DNA of 64,000 nt from an uncultured delta proteobacterium. Its GTDB lineage: Bacteria; Desulfobacterota; BSN033; UBA1163. Under the pieces are notes generated by a model. It had not been told where the DNA came from. It did no database searches and worked only from the letters and a program-made list of their open reading frames with translations. This document shows, piece after piece, positions 10,383-23,346 of the stretch. Numbering within the stretch: position 1 is the first letter of the stretch; each line of letters opens with the position of its first letter. A program made the translations under genes and the position numbers. The stretch covers positions 1 to 64,000 of the forward strand of contig CAVPSJ010000016.1 of the NCBI GenBank assembly GCA_963708295.1. Reading direction: 5' to 3'.

Positions 10383-10547
10383 TCACCGGGAGCCGGATTT
10401 ATCAACCATTCGGACTTTTAACAAGGAATCAGCTTCGGCGAGAACCTCGTCAAGCTCATACCCCTTGCCTGCCTCGATCTCTTTCTCGCCGCAGGCTTGG
10501 AGGCTCAAAATCTCTTGTTCATAGTGAAAATACTTGTACACTCTCAT
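10383..10547 (-). pseudogene. 54-aa remnant resembling the C-terminus of a Phd/YefM-type antitoxin
   Basis: MRVYKYFHYEQEILSLQACGEKEIEAGKGYELDEVLAEADSLL; no DNA-binding N-terminus and no adjacent toxin. Confidence 0.45.
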
Positions 10548-10555
10548 GCCCCCTC

Positions 10556-12589
<2,034 letters not shown>

Positions 12590-12884
12590 TCAAATTACGT
12601 AGAAAATTGGTTTCTTAAATCCCTCCCCACCTTCCTTTACGAAGGGGGGGAGTATCCCCTCTCGGGGGACTGTGTCGCAATGGAGCTTCTGAGGAGAGAG
12701 GCGGTGGGAAAAGAGGTCGTAACCTTAATCTAAGCCAAAACCTTGAAATTTTTATTTCTTGAAGGTGGCAACTCAATGTGGTGGAAACCAGAGGGCTAAA
12801 TGTGGGGCGTAGAACGTCGGGTTTTAGCATATATTGGGGTTTTCTCAACTAAACGAAAGAATTGGAATAAGTATAAAATTTTAC

Positions 12885-12950
12885 TTGACAAAGCAGAATA
12901 TTCGTTATATCTCTAATCCCTAAGTGGCAAAAAGTGGGGAAAGGTGGTAC
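12885..12950 (+). promoter_or_regulatory. dcw promoter region with three MraZ-binding GTGG boxes
   Basis: TTGACA at 12885; GTGG at 12924, 12934 and 12944 (10-nt period). Confidence 0.7.
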
Positions 12951-12977
12951 GGAGGCTCGTAGGAGGGGAATAAAACG

Positions 12978-13421
12978 ATGTTCAGGGGTAGGTATGAGTA
13001 TACCATAGACTCCAAAGGCCGGGTTAGCATTCCTTCCAGGTTCAAAGAGATCCTCATTCAGCAATATGACGATCGTTTAATCATTACCAACTACGACCTT
13101 TGCCTGGTCGCCTACCCTCACCAAGAATGGGCTGTGATCGAGGAAAAAGTAAAGAACCTCCCTCCGCTGGTCCAAAAGGAATTCAGGGCATTCTTAAGGT
13201 TTTTCTATTCGAGCGGGATCGATTGCGAGCTCGATCGACAGGGAAGGGTTCTCATTCCCCAATCCCTGAGAGATTATGCCAATCTTCAAAAAGACGTTGT
13301 ATTCGTGGGAGGCGGAAAGAACATCGAGATATGGAACAAGGAACGATGGGGGGAGGAGTTTCGTAAGTCTCAGGAGAGCTTTGATCAGGTCAACGATACT
13401 CTGACGAAACTCGGTCTTTAG
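12978..13421 (+). CDS. mraZ: Transcriptional repressor MraZ
   Basis: IDSKGRVSIP and LDRQGRVLIP repeats. Confidence 0.97.
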   Translation: MFRGRYEYTIDSKGRVSIPSRFKEILIQQYDDRLIITNYDLCLVAYPHQEWAVIEEKVKNLPPLVQKEFRAFLRFFYSSGIDCELDRQGRVLIPQSLRDYANLQKDVVFVGGGKNIEIWNKERWGEEFRKSQESFDQVNDTLTKLGL

Positions 13422-13440
13422 GAGAAGAAGATAGAGGTCG

Positions 13441-14331
13441 ATGGGACTGGGGGGATTTGGACACGTTCCTGTTTTGGTTGAAGAGGTGATGACATTTCTG
13501 AGATGTGAGCCCGGCCGCACTTATGTCGACGCTACCCTCGGAGGAGGAGGGCACGCTTCAGAGATTTTGAAACGGACCGCGCCGGATGGAGTGGTCATCG
13601 GATTGGAATGGGATGAAGAGGCCCTCTCCGAAGCAAGAAAAACCCTGATGCCCTTTGGGGATCGGGTCAAGATATTTCGAGAAAACTTTGTTCATCTTTC
13701 CGACTTCGTCAGGGCAGAATCCGTTGATGGGGTGCTGTTCGATCTGGGGCTTTCTTCGATCCAAGTAGAAAAAGCGGAGAGGGGATTCAGTTTCAGGGAA
13801 GAGGGTCCCCTGGATATGAGAATGGATCAACGGATAAATCGCACAGCAGCCGATCTGATCAACCACCTTTCATCGGAGGAGCTGGAATATACTCTTTCTC
13901 GCTTTGGAGAGGAGAGATGGACGAAGAGGATTGCCAGGGCCATCGTTCAGGAAAGGGAGCGAGATCCCATCCGGACGACCCAGACGCTAAGAAAGATTGT
14001 CCACGCCGCGATCCCAAGACGGTATCATTCCCGAAGAATCGACCCTGCCACCCGAACCTTTCAGGCTTTCCGAATCCGGTTGAATGAGGAATTGGATAAT
14101 CTGGGGAAAATCCTGGAATCCGGATGGAAGGTCCTAAAAAGGGGGGGACGGATATGCATCATCTCCTTTCACTCCCTCGAAGATCGGATGGTCAAGGAGG
14201 CTTTTCGAGGGCAGGAGAAACAAGGGGATCTGCGCATCCTGACCAAAAAGCCCGTCGTGCCTTCTGAGGAAGAGCAGAGGAAAAATCCGCGATCCCGGAG
14301 TGCCAAGCTGAGATGTGCGGAGAGGGTGTGA
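13441..14331 (+). CDS. rsmH: 16S rRNA C1402 N4-methyltransferase
   Basis: HVPVL, DATLGGGGH, FHSLEDR, NPRSRSAKLR. Confidence 0.97.
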   Translation: MGLGGFGHVPVLVEEVMTFLRCEPGRTYVDATLGGGGHASEILKRTAPDGVVIGLEWDEEALSEARKTLMPFGDRVKIFRENFVHLSDFVRAESVDGVLFDLGLSSIQVEKAERGFSFREEGPLDMRMDQRINRTAADLINHLSSEELEYTLSRFGEERWTKRIARAIVQERERDPIRTTQTLRKIVHAAIPRRYHSRRIDPATRTFQAFRIRLNEELDNLGKILESGWKVLKRGGRICIISFHSLEDRMVKEAFRGQEKQGDLRILTKKPVVPSEEEQRKNPRSRSAKLRCAERV

Positions 14332-14352
14332 AGGAATCCGGAGGAGCACCTC

Positions 14353-14697
14353 ATGGGTAAGACGATGAAAAAAAATGGAGACCGAATTCTCTGGACCGGC
14401 GAAGATTCGAAGGCCGGGCCGAAAAGAATAAAATTACGCCGCCTCCTTCTGCTCGCGCTCCTCATGCTCTTTTTTATCGGGGGCTCGTTGTTCTATGTCT
14501 GGTCAAGAATTCAGGTGATCCGCCTCGGATACGAAATATCGAGTGCCCTGAAAGAAGAGAAGGCCCTGACCGAAGTCAACAAGAGGTTGCGGTTGGAAAT
14601 CGCCACACTCAAATCTTATGCGCGGATTGAGAAATTTGCCGTGGAGGAACTGAGAATGGTCAAGCCGAAACCAGAACAGGTGATCGTGATCCGATGA
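14353..14697 (+). CDS. ftsL: Cell division protein FtsL
   Basis: TM plus coiled coil; lies between rsmH and ftsI. Confidence 0.85.
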   Translation: MGKTMKKNGDRILWTGEDSKAGPKRIKLRRLLLLALLMLFFIGGSLFYVWSRIQVIRLGYEISSALKEEKALTEVNKRLRLEIATLKSYARIEKFAVEELRMVKPKPEQVIVIR

Positions 14698-16671
14698 AAG
14701 GGAAATCTATCAATTGGTTCAAGGTCCGGATCATCTTTCTCTCGTGTCTCCTGTGCTTCTGTTTTGTCCTCATCCTGGGAAGGATGTTTCAGCTGCAGGT
14801 GCTGAAAAAAGAGCAGCTCTACAAGCTGGCCGCTCAGCAACAACATACTCACATTCCCCTCGTTCCAAAGCGTGGGACGATTTACGACAGCCGGGGGAAT
14901 GAGCTGGCGGTGAGCATCGAGGTCGATTCGGTTTATGCCGATGCTCGAAAAGTCGTCGAGGTGGGGAAGACGGCCAGAGAGCTTGCCTCGATTCTTCAGA
15001 TCGATCGCGAAGAATTGCAACAGAAATTGAAGAGCCGTCGACCCTTTGAGTGGGTTCAACGAAAGATTTCCCCGAAAGAGGTCGAGCAGATCAAAGAGCT
15101 TCGACTCCCCGGCATCGCTTTCTTAAAGGAGAATCGACGTTTTTATCCCAATTCCCAGCTCGCGGCTCATTTGGTCGGTTTCGTAGGCCTTGATTCGAAA
15201 GGTCTGGAAGGAATCGAGTTTCAATACGATGCCTCGCTCAACGGAGAGAACCAGGTATGGACCGCCGCCCGGGATGCCTTGGGTCGGGAAATTGCCATGG
15301 GCAAGGGTCCCTTTGAGAAAGAGGACCATTACAGGAATATGGTCCTGACGATCGACAAACCGATTCAACACATCACCGAAACAGAGCTCGGCCGAGGGGT
15401 CGAGAGATGGGGAGCCAAAGGAGGGATGGCCATTGCGATGGATCCCGCGAGCGGAAAAATTCTGGCCATGGCATCCTTTCCGACGTTCAACCCAAATCAA
15501 TTCATCCAATACCGCTCCAAGAGTTGGAGAAATCGGGCTCTCTCCGACATCTTTGAACCGGGTTCTATGTTTAAAGCCTTTCTTGCCGCGGCGGCCCTGG
15601 AGGAACGGGTGGTTCGACCGTCCGATTCTTTCTTTTGCGAAAACGGTTCCTATAAGGTTTATGACCGAACGATCCATGACCACTCCAAACATGGGTACCT
15701 CACCTTTCAGCAGATTATCAAATTCTCGAGTAACATCGGGGCGTCGAAGGTGGGCGAGAAGATGGGAAAGGAGCGTTTATACCGATACATTTCTGCCTTC
15801 GGGTTCGGGGAAAAGACCCGGGTCGGTCTCCCGGGGGAAGGGAATGGGATGGTCCACCACCCCAGATATTGGTCCCCGGTTGCGCTGGACACGATCTCCT
15901 TCGGCCAAGGGATTTCTGTGACGGCGATTCAACTGGTGACCGCCCTGTCCGCCATTGCCAATGGTGGAACCCTGATGAAGCCTTATGTCATCGAGAAGAT
16001 CACGAATGAAAAAGGGGAGGTCGTCCAATCCTTTAAACCCGAGGCGGTCAGGAAGGTTATTTCAGAAGAGACAGCGAAGAGGATGACGGTGCTGCTGAAG
16101 GCGGCGACGGAGAAGGGGGGGACAGGAGAAGGAGCGGTTCCCGCAGGGTATGAGGTGGCGGGAAAGACCGGAACGGCGCAGAAGGTGGATTCCTTATTGG
16201 GCGGGTACTCTGAAGACCGCTATGTCAGCGGCTTTATGGGCTTTGCCCCGGCTGACGCTCCTAAGCTCGTCCTCATCGTGGTCATTGATGAACCGCAGGG
16301 AGACAGTTACGGAGGAGTGGTTGCGGCTCCGATATTCAAGACGATTATGGAGAAGGTGCTTCCCATGCTCAATGTCATTCCAAAGGGGACGATGGTGGTG
16401 AAGAGCGAACTCGGTTCCGCTCCACCCAAAGAAACGTCAGAGAGTCAACCTTTGATCGACGGGATCAAAGTAGGGAAAAGGATGGAGATGGTGGTCATGC
16501 CGGACCTCACCGGGTTATCCATGCGGAATGCCTTAAGCCGCATCGAAGGGAAGGGGCTGGTTGTCAAGGTTTCAGGGAATGGGAAGGTTGTGGATCAGAG
16601 TCCCGAGAGCAGGGTCCGTGATTGAGAAAGGGGATTTCTGTTTTTTGAAGTTTCAATCCCCATCATCATGA
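14694..16671 (+). CDS. ftsI: Penicillin-binding protein 3 with C-terminal PASTA domain (frameshift near 16600)
   Basis: EPGSMFK, SSN, KTGTAQK, MPDLTGLSMRNA. Confidence 0.95.
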
Positions 16672-16702
16672 GAGAACCGCAAAGAGCATAGAGCAAAGCT
16701 TA

Positions 16703-18236
16703 TTGAAAATGGAATTAAAGAGATTACTTGAAGGCGTCGAAGTCAGAAAGATCGTCGGCGATCCTCTGAAAAGAGTCGAGGGAATCGCTTACCATTCGAA
16801 GCAGATCGACAAAGGATTTCTCTTTGCAGCCATTCGAGGGGTGGAAGTGGACGGACACCGATTTATCGAAGAGGCGATCCAAAGGGGTGCGGAGGTTGTT
16901 GTTTCGGAAGAAGAACGGGAAGTCTCCGACGGGACGATGATCCTGGTTCCCAACAGCCGCCAGGCTCTGGCAAAGATTTCAATCAAACTTTTATGGCGAT
17001 CCTTCGTCCCGGCTCAAGCTCATCGGGGTCACCGGGACCAATGGAAAGACGACGACCACCTATCTTTTGGAATCGATTCTGAAGAAGGCCGGGGGCACGG
17101 TTGGCGTGATCGGAACGATCAATTATCGGTTCGGCCGAAGCGTCACTCCCGCTCCAAACACGACGCCGGAGTCTCTGGATCTTCAAAGAATGCTCTGGGA
17201 GATGGCAGAGGGAGGGACTTCCCATGTCATCATGGAGGTCTCTTCCCACGGGCTCGATCTGGATCGGGTCTTCGGATGCCAGTTCGACGGCGCGGTCTTT
17301 ACGAATCTCACCCCCGATCATCTTGATTATCACAACACCCTGGACCACTACTTTGCGAGCAAGAAGAAGCTCTTCTCGGACACTCTGACGAAGAGCTCAA
17401 AAGAAGGGCGGTTTGCCGTGACGAATCATGATGATCCCAGAGGGGAGCGATCGTTGAAGGGATTGACCTTCCGGTGATCCGTTACGGACTGAACCCTTCG
17501 TGTGACGTCTTTGCAGATCAGGTGGCTTCACCTTCGAAGGTCTCTCCTGCCGGATCAAAACTCCGAGAGGAGATTTTTCCATCCGTTCAAAACTGATCGG
17601 TGATTTAATCTCCACAATATCCTGGCTGCCGTAGCCGCCGCAATTGCGATGGAGGTCCCCTTGGAAACCGTAAAGGAAGGGGTGGAGGCACTGGAAGGGG
17701 TTTCAGGAAGATTTGAGAGAGTGGAGAATCCAAAAGGAATTCACGTCATCGTGGACTATGCGCACACCCACGATGCCCTGGAGAGGGTCCTGTCGGGATT
17801 GAAGCGTATTGTGGGAAACCAATCCGGGGACCACGGAAAGATGATCACCGTTTTCGGCTGCGGCGGAGATCGGGACCGGACCAAGCGGCCTCTGATGGGA
17901 GAAGTGGTGGGAAGGTACAGCGACCTCGCCATTCTCACTTCCGACAATCCGAGGACGGAAGATCCTCTGGCCATCCTGGAGGAGGTGGAAAAAGGGTTCA
18001 GAACGATTCCGCTCAGTGAATGGCGTCCGGAGGAAATCGGATTGTGGAGGTCGAAGAAGGGGTATCTCAAGGTTCCCGACCGGAGAGAGGCCATCCGGAC
18101 GGCGATCCGATTGGCCCAACCTTCAGACACGGTTCTGATCGCTGGAAAAGGGCACGAGGATTATCAGATCATCGGGAAGAAGAAGTTTCCTTTCGATGAT
18201 CGCGTTGAAGCCCAAAAGGCCCTGGAGGAAAAGTGA
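16703..18236 (+). CDS. murE: UDP-MurNAc-tripeptide synthetase, several frameshifts
   Basis: Fragments carry GTNGKTT, NTTPES, MEVSSH, DYAHT, GCGGDRD, DNPR (mDAP type), GKGHE. Confidence 0.93.
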
Positions 18237-19639
18237 TCCTTAGCCTTGAAGACATCCTGAAGACCACCCGGGGAAGACTCATCCAAGGGAGGGGAAAGCA
18301 CCTTCTTCCAGGGGGTTTCCACGGATTCGAGAACCGTTGCCGAAGGCGAACTCTTCATTGCCCTGAAGGGACCTCGCTTCGACGGTCATCAATTTGCTAT
18401 GGAGGCCCTGAAGAAGAAAGCAAGGGGGGTGCTGATCGAAGAGGACAAGGTCGGGGACATTCAATGGAATGGCTATCGGTCCAGGCCGGTGATCGCGGTA
18501 AAGGACACCCTGTCGGGCCCTAGGCGATATCGCCCACGATTGGAGACGGAAATGGGATTCCGTTAGTCGCCTTGACCGGAAGCAATGGAAAGACGACGAC
18601 CAAGGAGATGATCTCGGCGTGCCTGGAAACGACTTTTCCCGTTCTCAAAACGAAGGGGAACTTGAACAACCTCATCGGGCTTCCCATGACTCTCCTCAAC
18701 CTGACGGAAGAAGAAAAGGTGGTTGTTCTCGAGATGGGGATGAATGTGCCGGGTGAGATCCGGAGGCTCACCGAGATTGCAGAGCCCGACGTGGGATTGA
18801 TCACCAACATCCAGATGGTTCATCTCGAGGGTCTGGGAAGCCTGGAACGGTTGAAGGAAGAGAAGGGAGAACTCTTCCGGAGAATGAGGAAGGATGGAAC
18901 GATTGTCGTCAATCAGGATGATCCACGGGTGGTCGACCTGGCCAAGGATTTCCCGGGTCAGAAGGATCACCTTTGGGATCGGAACATCCCGCCGACGTCA
19001 TGGCGAAGGAGATTCGACTCAGGGGAACCGAAGGGACCTCCTTCACCGTGTCTCTGGAAGGAGAGGCGATGGAGATTCATCTTCCTTTGGTAGGAAGACA
19101 GTTCGTCCCGAATGCCCTCTCTGCTGTTGCCGACCGCGTGCCTCTTTGGAGTGGAAGTACCGCAGATCAAGGAGGCGCTGGAGCATTTTCATCCATCCCC
19201 CATGAGGATGGAGGTTGTCCTCTCGAAGGGGGAGCGACCCTGATCAACGATGCCTACAACGCCAATCCGAGATCGATGGAAGTGGCCTTGGAAACGCTTG
19301 CCGAAGGCGAAAGGAGAAGGGAAGGGCGATCGCCGTCCTGGGCGATATGCTGGAACTCGGGAGTTTTACCGAAAGACGCTCACGAGCAGCTAGGGAAGAA
19401 GGTCAGTGACCTTTCGATCGACTTTCTCATCGCCATGGGCGAGGAAGCGCCCACGGTCGTTGAGTCAGCCATTCGTCATGGGTTTCCGATGAAGAAGACA
19501 AGGGTGGCAGCGAGTCATTCGGAAGCCGTTTCCTTCATCCGGGAGAGGATTCAAGAACGGAGACTGGATCTTGGTTAAAGGCTCAAGGCGGATGGCCATG
19601 GAGAAGATTGTAGAGGGTTTGACAGAGGGGAGGGCCTGA
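18233..19639 (+). CDS. murF: UDP-MurNAc-pentapeptide synthetase, several frameshifts
   Basis: [44 protein letters not shown] across frames. Confidence 0.92.
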
Positions 19640-19642
19640 GAA

Positions 19643-20719
19643 ATGTTATATCATCTTCTTTATCCTCTTCATGACCCTTTTTTCCATTTTCAATGTCTTC
19701 CGGTATATCACGTTCAGGACGATCTACGCGATTCTGACCGCCCTTCTCATCTGTTTTATCATCGGGCCTTGGCTGATCAAGAAATTGAAGGCTTTCCAGA
19801 TTCAACAGGTGATCCGAGAGGATGTCCCCTCCCGACATATGGTTAAGAACGGGACTCCCACCATGGGAGGAGGCCTTATCCTGGCGGGATTCTCATCCCA
19901 ACCCTTTTCTGGTCCGACCTGTCGAATTCGTATACCTGGATCGTTTTGTTGACCACCCTGGGGTTCGGACTCCTGGGGTTCTGGGATGATTATAGAAAGA
20001 TGAGGGACAAGAATGGCATGGGGATCCGGGCTCGATACAAGTTTCCCATTCAGGTGGCCATGGGACTGGTGGCCAGCTTCGTCTTGTTCAACACCATTGA
20101 CCATGATTCCAGGTTGATTTTTCCATTCTTTAAGAAGGTGATGCCGGATCTCGGGGGATGGTACATCCTCTTTACCATGCTCGTCATCGTGGGCTCGGCG
20201 AATGCGGTGAACTTGACCGACGGACTGGATGGGTTGGCGATCGGCCCCGTGCTCATCGCCAGCGCGACGTTTATGCTCTTCTGCTATCTCGCAGGGAACT
20301 TCAGATTCGCAAGCTATCTTCAGATTCCCTTTGTCAGAGGAAGTGGAGAACTGACCATCCTGTGCGGGGCGCTGGTCGGTTCGGGACTGGGGTTTCTCTG
20401 GTTCAACACCTATCCGGCTCAGGTTTTCATGGGGGATGTGGGTTCTCTCTCCTTGGGAGCGGCCCTGGGGACCATCTCTGTGATCATCAAGCAAGAGTTT
20501 CTGTTAGTGATCGTCGGAGGGATCTTTGTGATTGAAGCCCTTTCCGTCATCATCCAGGTCGTCTCTTACAAGCTTCGCAGAAAACGGGTTTTTAGAATGG
20601 CGCCCATTCACCACCATTTTGAATTGAAAGGCTGGGCGGAACCGAAGATCATCGTCCGATTCTGGATCATCGGCATTATTCTCGGCCTGGTCGCGATCAG
20701 CACGCTGAAGATAAGATAG
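19643..20719 (+). CDS. mraY: Phospho-MurNAc-pentapeptide translocase, frameshifts in the N-terminal part
   Basis: [31 protein letters not shown]. Confidence 0.95.
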
Positions 20720-20814
20720 CAAATTATGAATTTTGAGTTATGAGTTGAGAATTTAGATTTAAGATTTGAAAATATTTTAATACCTCATAACTTATAATTC
20801 ATAACTCAAAACTG
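20720..20814. repeat. Inverted array of degenerate 7-mers
   Basis: (TTATGAA/TTATGAG)n followed by (CTCATAA)n. Confidence 0.75.
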
Positions 20815-22161
20815 ATGATGGATCTTCGTGGTAAAAATGTACTCGTGGTGGGCATGGCGCGAACGGGAATCGCCACAGCGAAATTCCTTAAGGCAAAAGG
20901 TTCTCTTGTGACGACTACGGAGATGAAGCCGGAAGAGGAGATGCGGGGGGCAGCTCAGGAATTGAAAAGCATGGATCTCTCGACGGAATGGGGAGGCCAT
21001 CAGACCGGGACCTTCCTCAAACAGGATCTGATAGTGGTCAGTCCCGGAATTGACCTGAACCTGGACCCCGTCCAAGAAGCCATCCGGCATGGAGTGCGGG
21101 TGATCAGTGAGATCGAACTGGCTTCCCATTTCATCCACGTCCCCATCCTTGCCATCACGGGAACCAATGGAAAGACGACCACCACCCTGCTTCTGGGCGA
21201 GATGTTGAAAGAGGACGGGAGAAGAGTCGGAGTGGGAGGGAATGTCGGAGAGCCATTGATCCTATTCGCAGACGGGGGCGACCGATGGGAAGTGTTGGTG
21301 GTCGAGATCTCCAGTTTTCAGCTGGAGGCGATTGAGGATTTTCGGCCCCGAATCTCTGTCCTGCTCAACATCACGGAGGATCATCTGGATCGGTATTCCA
21401 GTTACAGCGACTATATTCAGGCGAAGATGAGAATTTTCGCGAATCAGAATTCAGGAGACTTGGCCGTTCTCAACGGAGATGATCCGATCGTGATGCAGTA
21501 TGGAGGAAAGGCGAAGGCGAAAAAGGTTCTGTTCAGCATGCGCGAGAGGCTTAGGGAGGGCACTTTTTCCGATGGTCAAACGATCTCCCTGAGATACGAG
21601 GGGAACGGAGAGGAGTATCCCTTAGACAAAGCTCCGTTGAAGGGGGTCCACAATGTGGAGAATATGATGGCCGCCCTCACCGCCGCCCGGATCTTTGGTT
21701 GTTCGAAAAAGGCGGTGCAGAACGTACTCGATCGCTTTAGGGGGCTTGAACATCGTCTTGAATTTGTTCGAGAGATCGGAGGGGTTCGTTTCTACAACGA
21801 CTCCAAGGGAACCAATGTCGGGTCCGTCGTCAAATCCCTCCTAAGCTTTTCGGAGCCCGTGGTCCTGATTGCAGGAGGGAAGGATAAAAACGGAGATTTA
21901 AGCCCCCTGAAAGAATTGGTCCAAAAACGGGTGAAACGCCTGGTCCTCCTTGGCGAGGCAAAAGAGAGGATGAACCGTGAACTCGGTGGCATGACAGATA
22001 CCGTGATCGCCGGGACCATGGAGGAAGCGGTGTCCTTGGCCCGTGAGAAGGCCAAGGGAGGAGAAGTGGTTCTCCTGTCACCGGCCTGTTCCAGTTTTGA
22101 TATGTTCAAAGACTATAAGGAGAGAGGAAGGGTATTTAAGGAAGCCGTTCACCGCCTTTGA
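20815..22161 (+). CDS. murD: UDP-MurNAc-L-Ala:D-Glu ligase
   Basis: ITGTNGKTTT, EISSFQL, NDSKGTN, SPACSSFD. Confidence 0.97.
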   Translation: MMDLRGKNVLVVGMARTGIATAKFLKAKGSLVTTTEMKPEEEMRGAAQELKSMDLSTEWGGHQTGTFLKQDLIVVSPGIDLNLDPVQEAIRHGVRVISEIELASHFIHVPILAITGTNGKTTTTLLLGEMLKEDGRRVGVGGNVGEPLILFADGGDRWEVLVVEISSFQLEAIEDFRPRISVLLNITEDHLDRYSSYSDYIQAKMRIFANQNSGDLAVLNGDDPIVMQYGGKAKAKKVLFSMRERLREGTFSDGQTISLRYEGNGEEYPLDKAPLKGVHNVENMMAALTAARIFGCSKKAVQNVLDRFRGLEHRLEFVREIGGVRFYNDSKGTNVGSVVKSLLSFSEPVVLIAGGKDKNGDLSPLKELVQKRVKRLVLLGEAKERMNRELGGMTDTVIAGTMEEAVSLAREKAKGGEVVLLSPACSSFDMFKDYKERGRVFKEAVHRL

Positions 22162-22245
22162 AAGGCGGAGCGAATGGTTTGGAGGAATGCGTTCGGAGCC
22201 TGTCATAAATTCCGAACTCCAACCTCCGAACTCCGAACTTAAGGT
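22162..22245. repeat. Inverted array of degenerate 7-mers
   Basis: TTCGGAG units followed by (CTCCGAA)n. Confidence 0.65.
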
Positions 22246-23346
22246 ATGAAGGGGAAAAAGAGACTAGACGTCATTCTATTATTTTCAGCCCTTGCCCTTG
22301 TGGGGATCGGGATTGTGATGGTCTACAGCACCAGCGCGATCATCGCCGGGGATCGTTTTGGAGATCCGTACTACTTTCTAAAGCGCCAGGCCCTCTTCGC
22401 TGCCATCGGCCTTGTTTTGATGATCGTCATGATGCTCTTTCCTTATGAGACCCTGAAGAGGTTCGCCTATCCCGTTCTCATCGTCTCCGTCCTTTCCCTG
22501 ATTGCCGTGCTCATCCCGGGGATCGGGCACCGTGCGGGGGGAGCCATGCGCTGGCTGAAGATTCAGTTCTTCTCCTTTCAGCCCTCCGAGTTTGCCAAGC
22601 TGGGCTTGGTCATTTTTCTTGCCTACCTTTTGGATAAGAAGGAGGAGAAGATACGAAGTTTTTCTTTCGGATTTCTTCCCCCGGTCCTCCTCTCCGGTCT
22701 CGTCATCGCCCTGGTGATGAAGGAACCCGATTTCGGGGCAGCCTTCTTCCTCACGGTGATGGTTTTTCTTCTTCTCTTTGTCAGCGGCGCGAGGGTGATC
22801 TATATCTTGGGCGCTGTTTTGATCGCCCTGCCGGTGGCCTACACGCTTTTGATGAACGTAGGATACCGTTATAAAAGGTTGATGGGATTCATCCGGCCCT
22901 GGGATGACCCCACCGGCACGAGTTTCCAAATTATTCAGTCCTTTCTCTCCTTTGGTTCGGGAGGCCTCTTCGGACTAGGGTTGGGAGAGGGGAGACAGAA
23001 GCTTTTCTTCCTTCCCGCTCCCCACACGGACTTCATCTTTTCGATCATCGGAGAAGAGATGGGTCTGGTAGGAGCGATGGGGGTGGTGCTCCTTTTCTTC
23101 ATTCTGACCCTCCGAGGAATCCAGATTGGACTTTCCATCGAGGACCGGTTTGGCGCTTATCTGGCGCTGGGGATCACGTTGATGATCTCCCTTCAGGCGG
23201 TGATCAATATGGGAGTAGTCCTGGGACTCCTTCCCACCAAAGGGTTGACCCTTCCGTTCGTCAGTTATGGCGGGACATCGTTGGTCGCCAATTTGATCGG
23301 GGTGGGGATACTTCTTCACCTTTCGACTCATGCGGAACGAAGATGA
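22246..23346 (+). CDS. ftsW: SEDS peptidoglycan polymerase FtsW
   Basis: FQPSEFAK, HTDFIFS, LPFVSYGG. Confidence 0.96.
   Translation: MKGKKRLDVILLFSALALVGIGIVMVYSTSAIIAGDRFGDPYYFLKRQALFAAIGLVLMIVMMLFPYETLKRFAYPVLIVSVLSLIAVLIPGIGHRAGGAMRWLKIQFFSFQPSEFAKLGLVIFLAYLLDKKEEKIRSFSFGFLPPVLLSGLVIALVMKEPDFGAAFFLTVMVFLLLFVSGARVIYILGAVLIALPVAYTLLMNVGYRYKRLMGFIRPWDDPTGTSFQIIQSFLSFGSGGLFGLGLGEGRQKLFFLPAPHTDFIFSIIGEEMGLVGAMGVVLLFFILTLRGIQIGLSIEDRFGAYLALGITLMISLQAVINMGVVLGLLPTKGLTLPFVSYGGTSLVANLIGVGILLHLSTHAERR

Noticed and set aside
16600-19950. Multiple frameshifts in ftsI, murE, murF and mraY suggesting cell-wall gene decay or programmed frameshifting
   Set aside because: The single-base indels are spatially clustered, motifs are intact, and the rest of the dcw cluster is clean. 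This is best explained by low-coverage long-read errors; read mapping would settle it.
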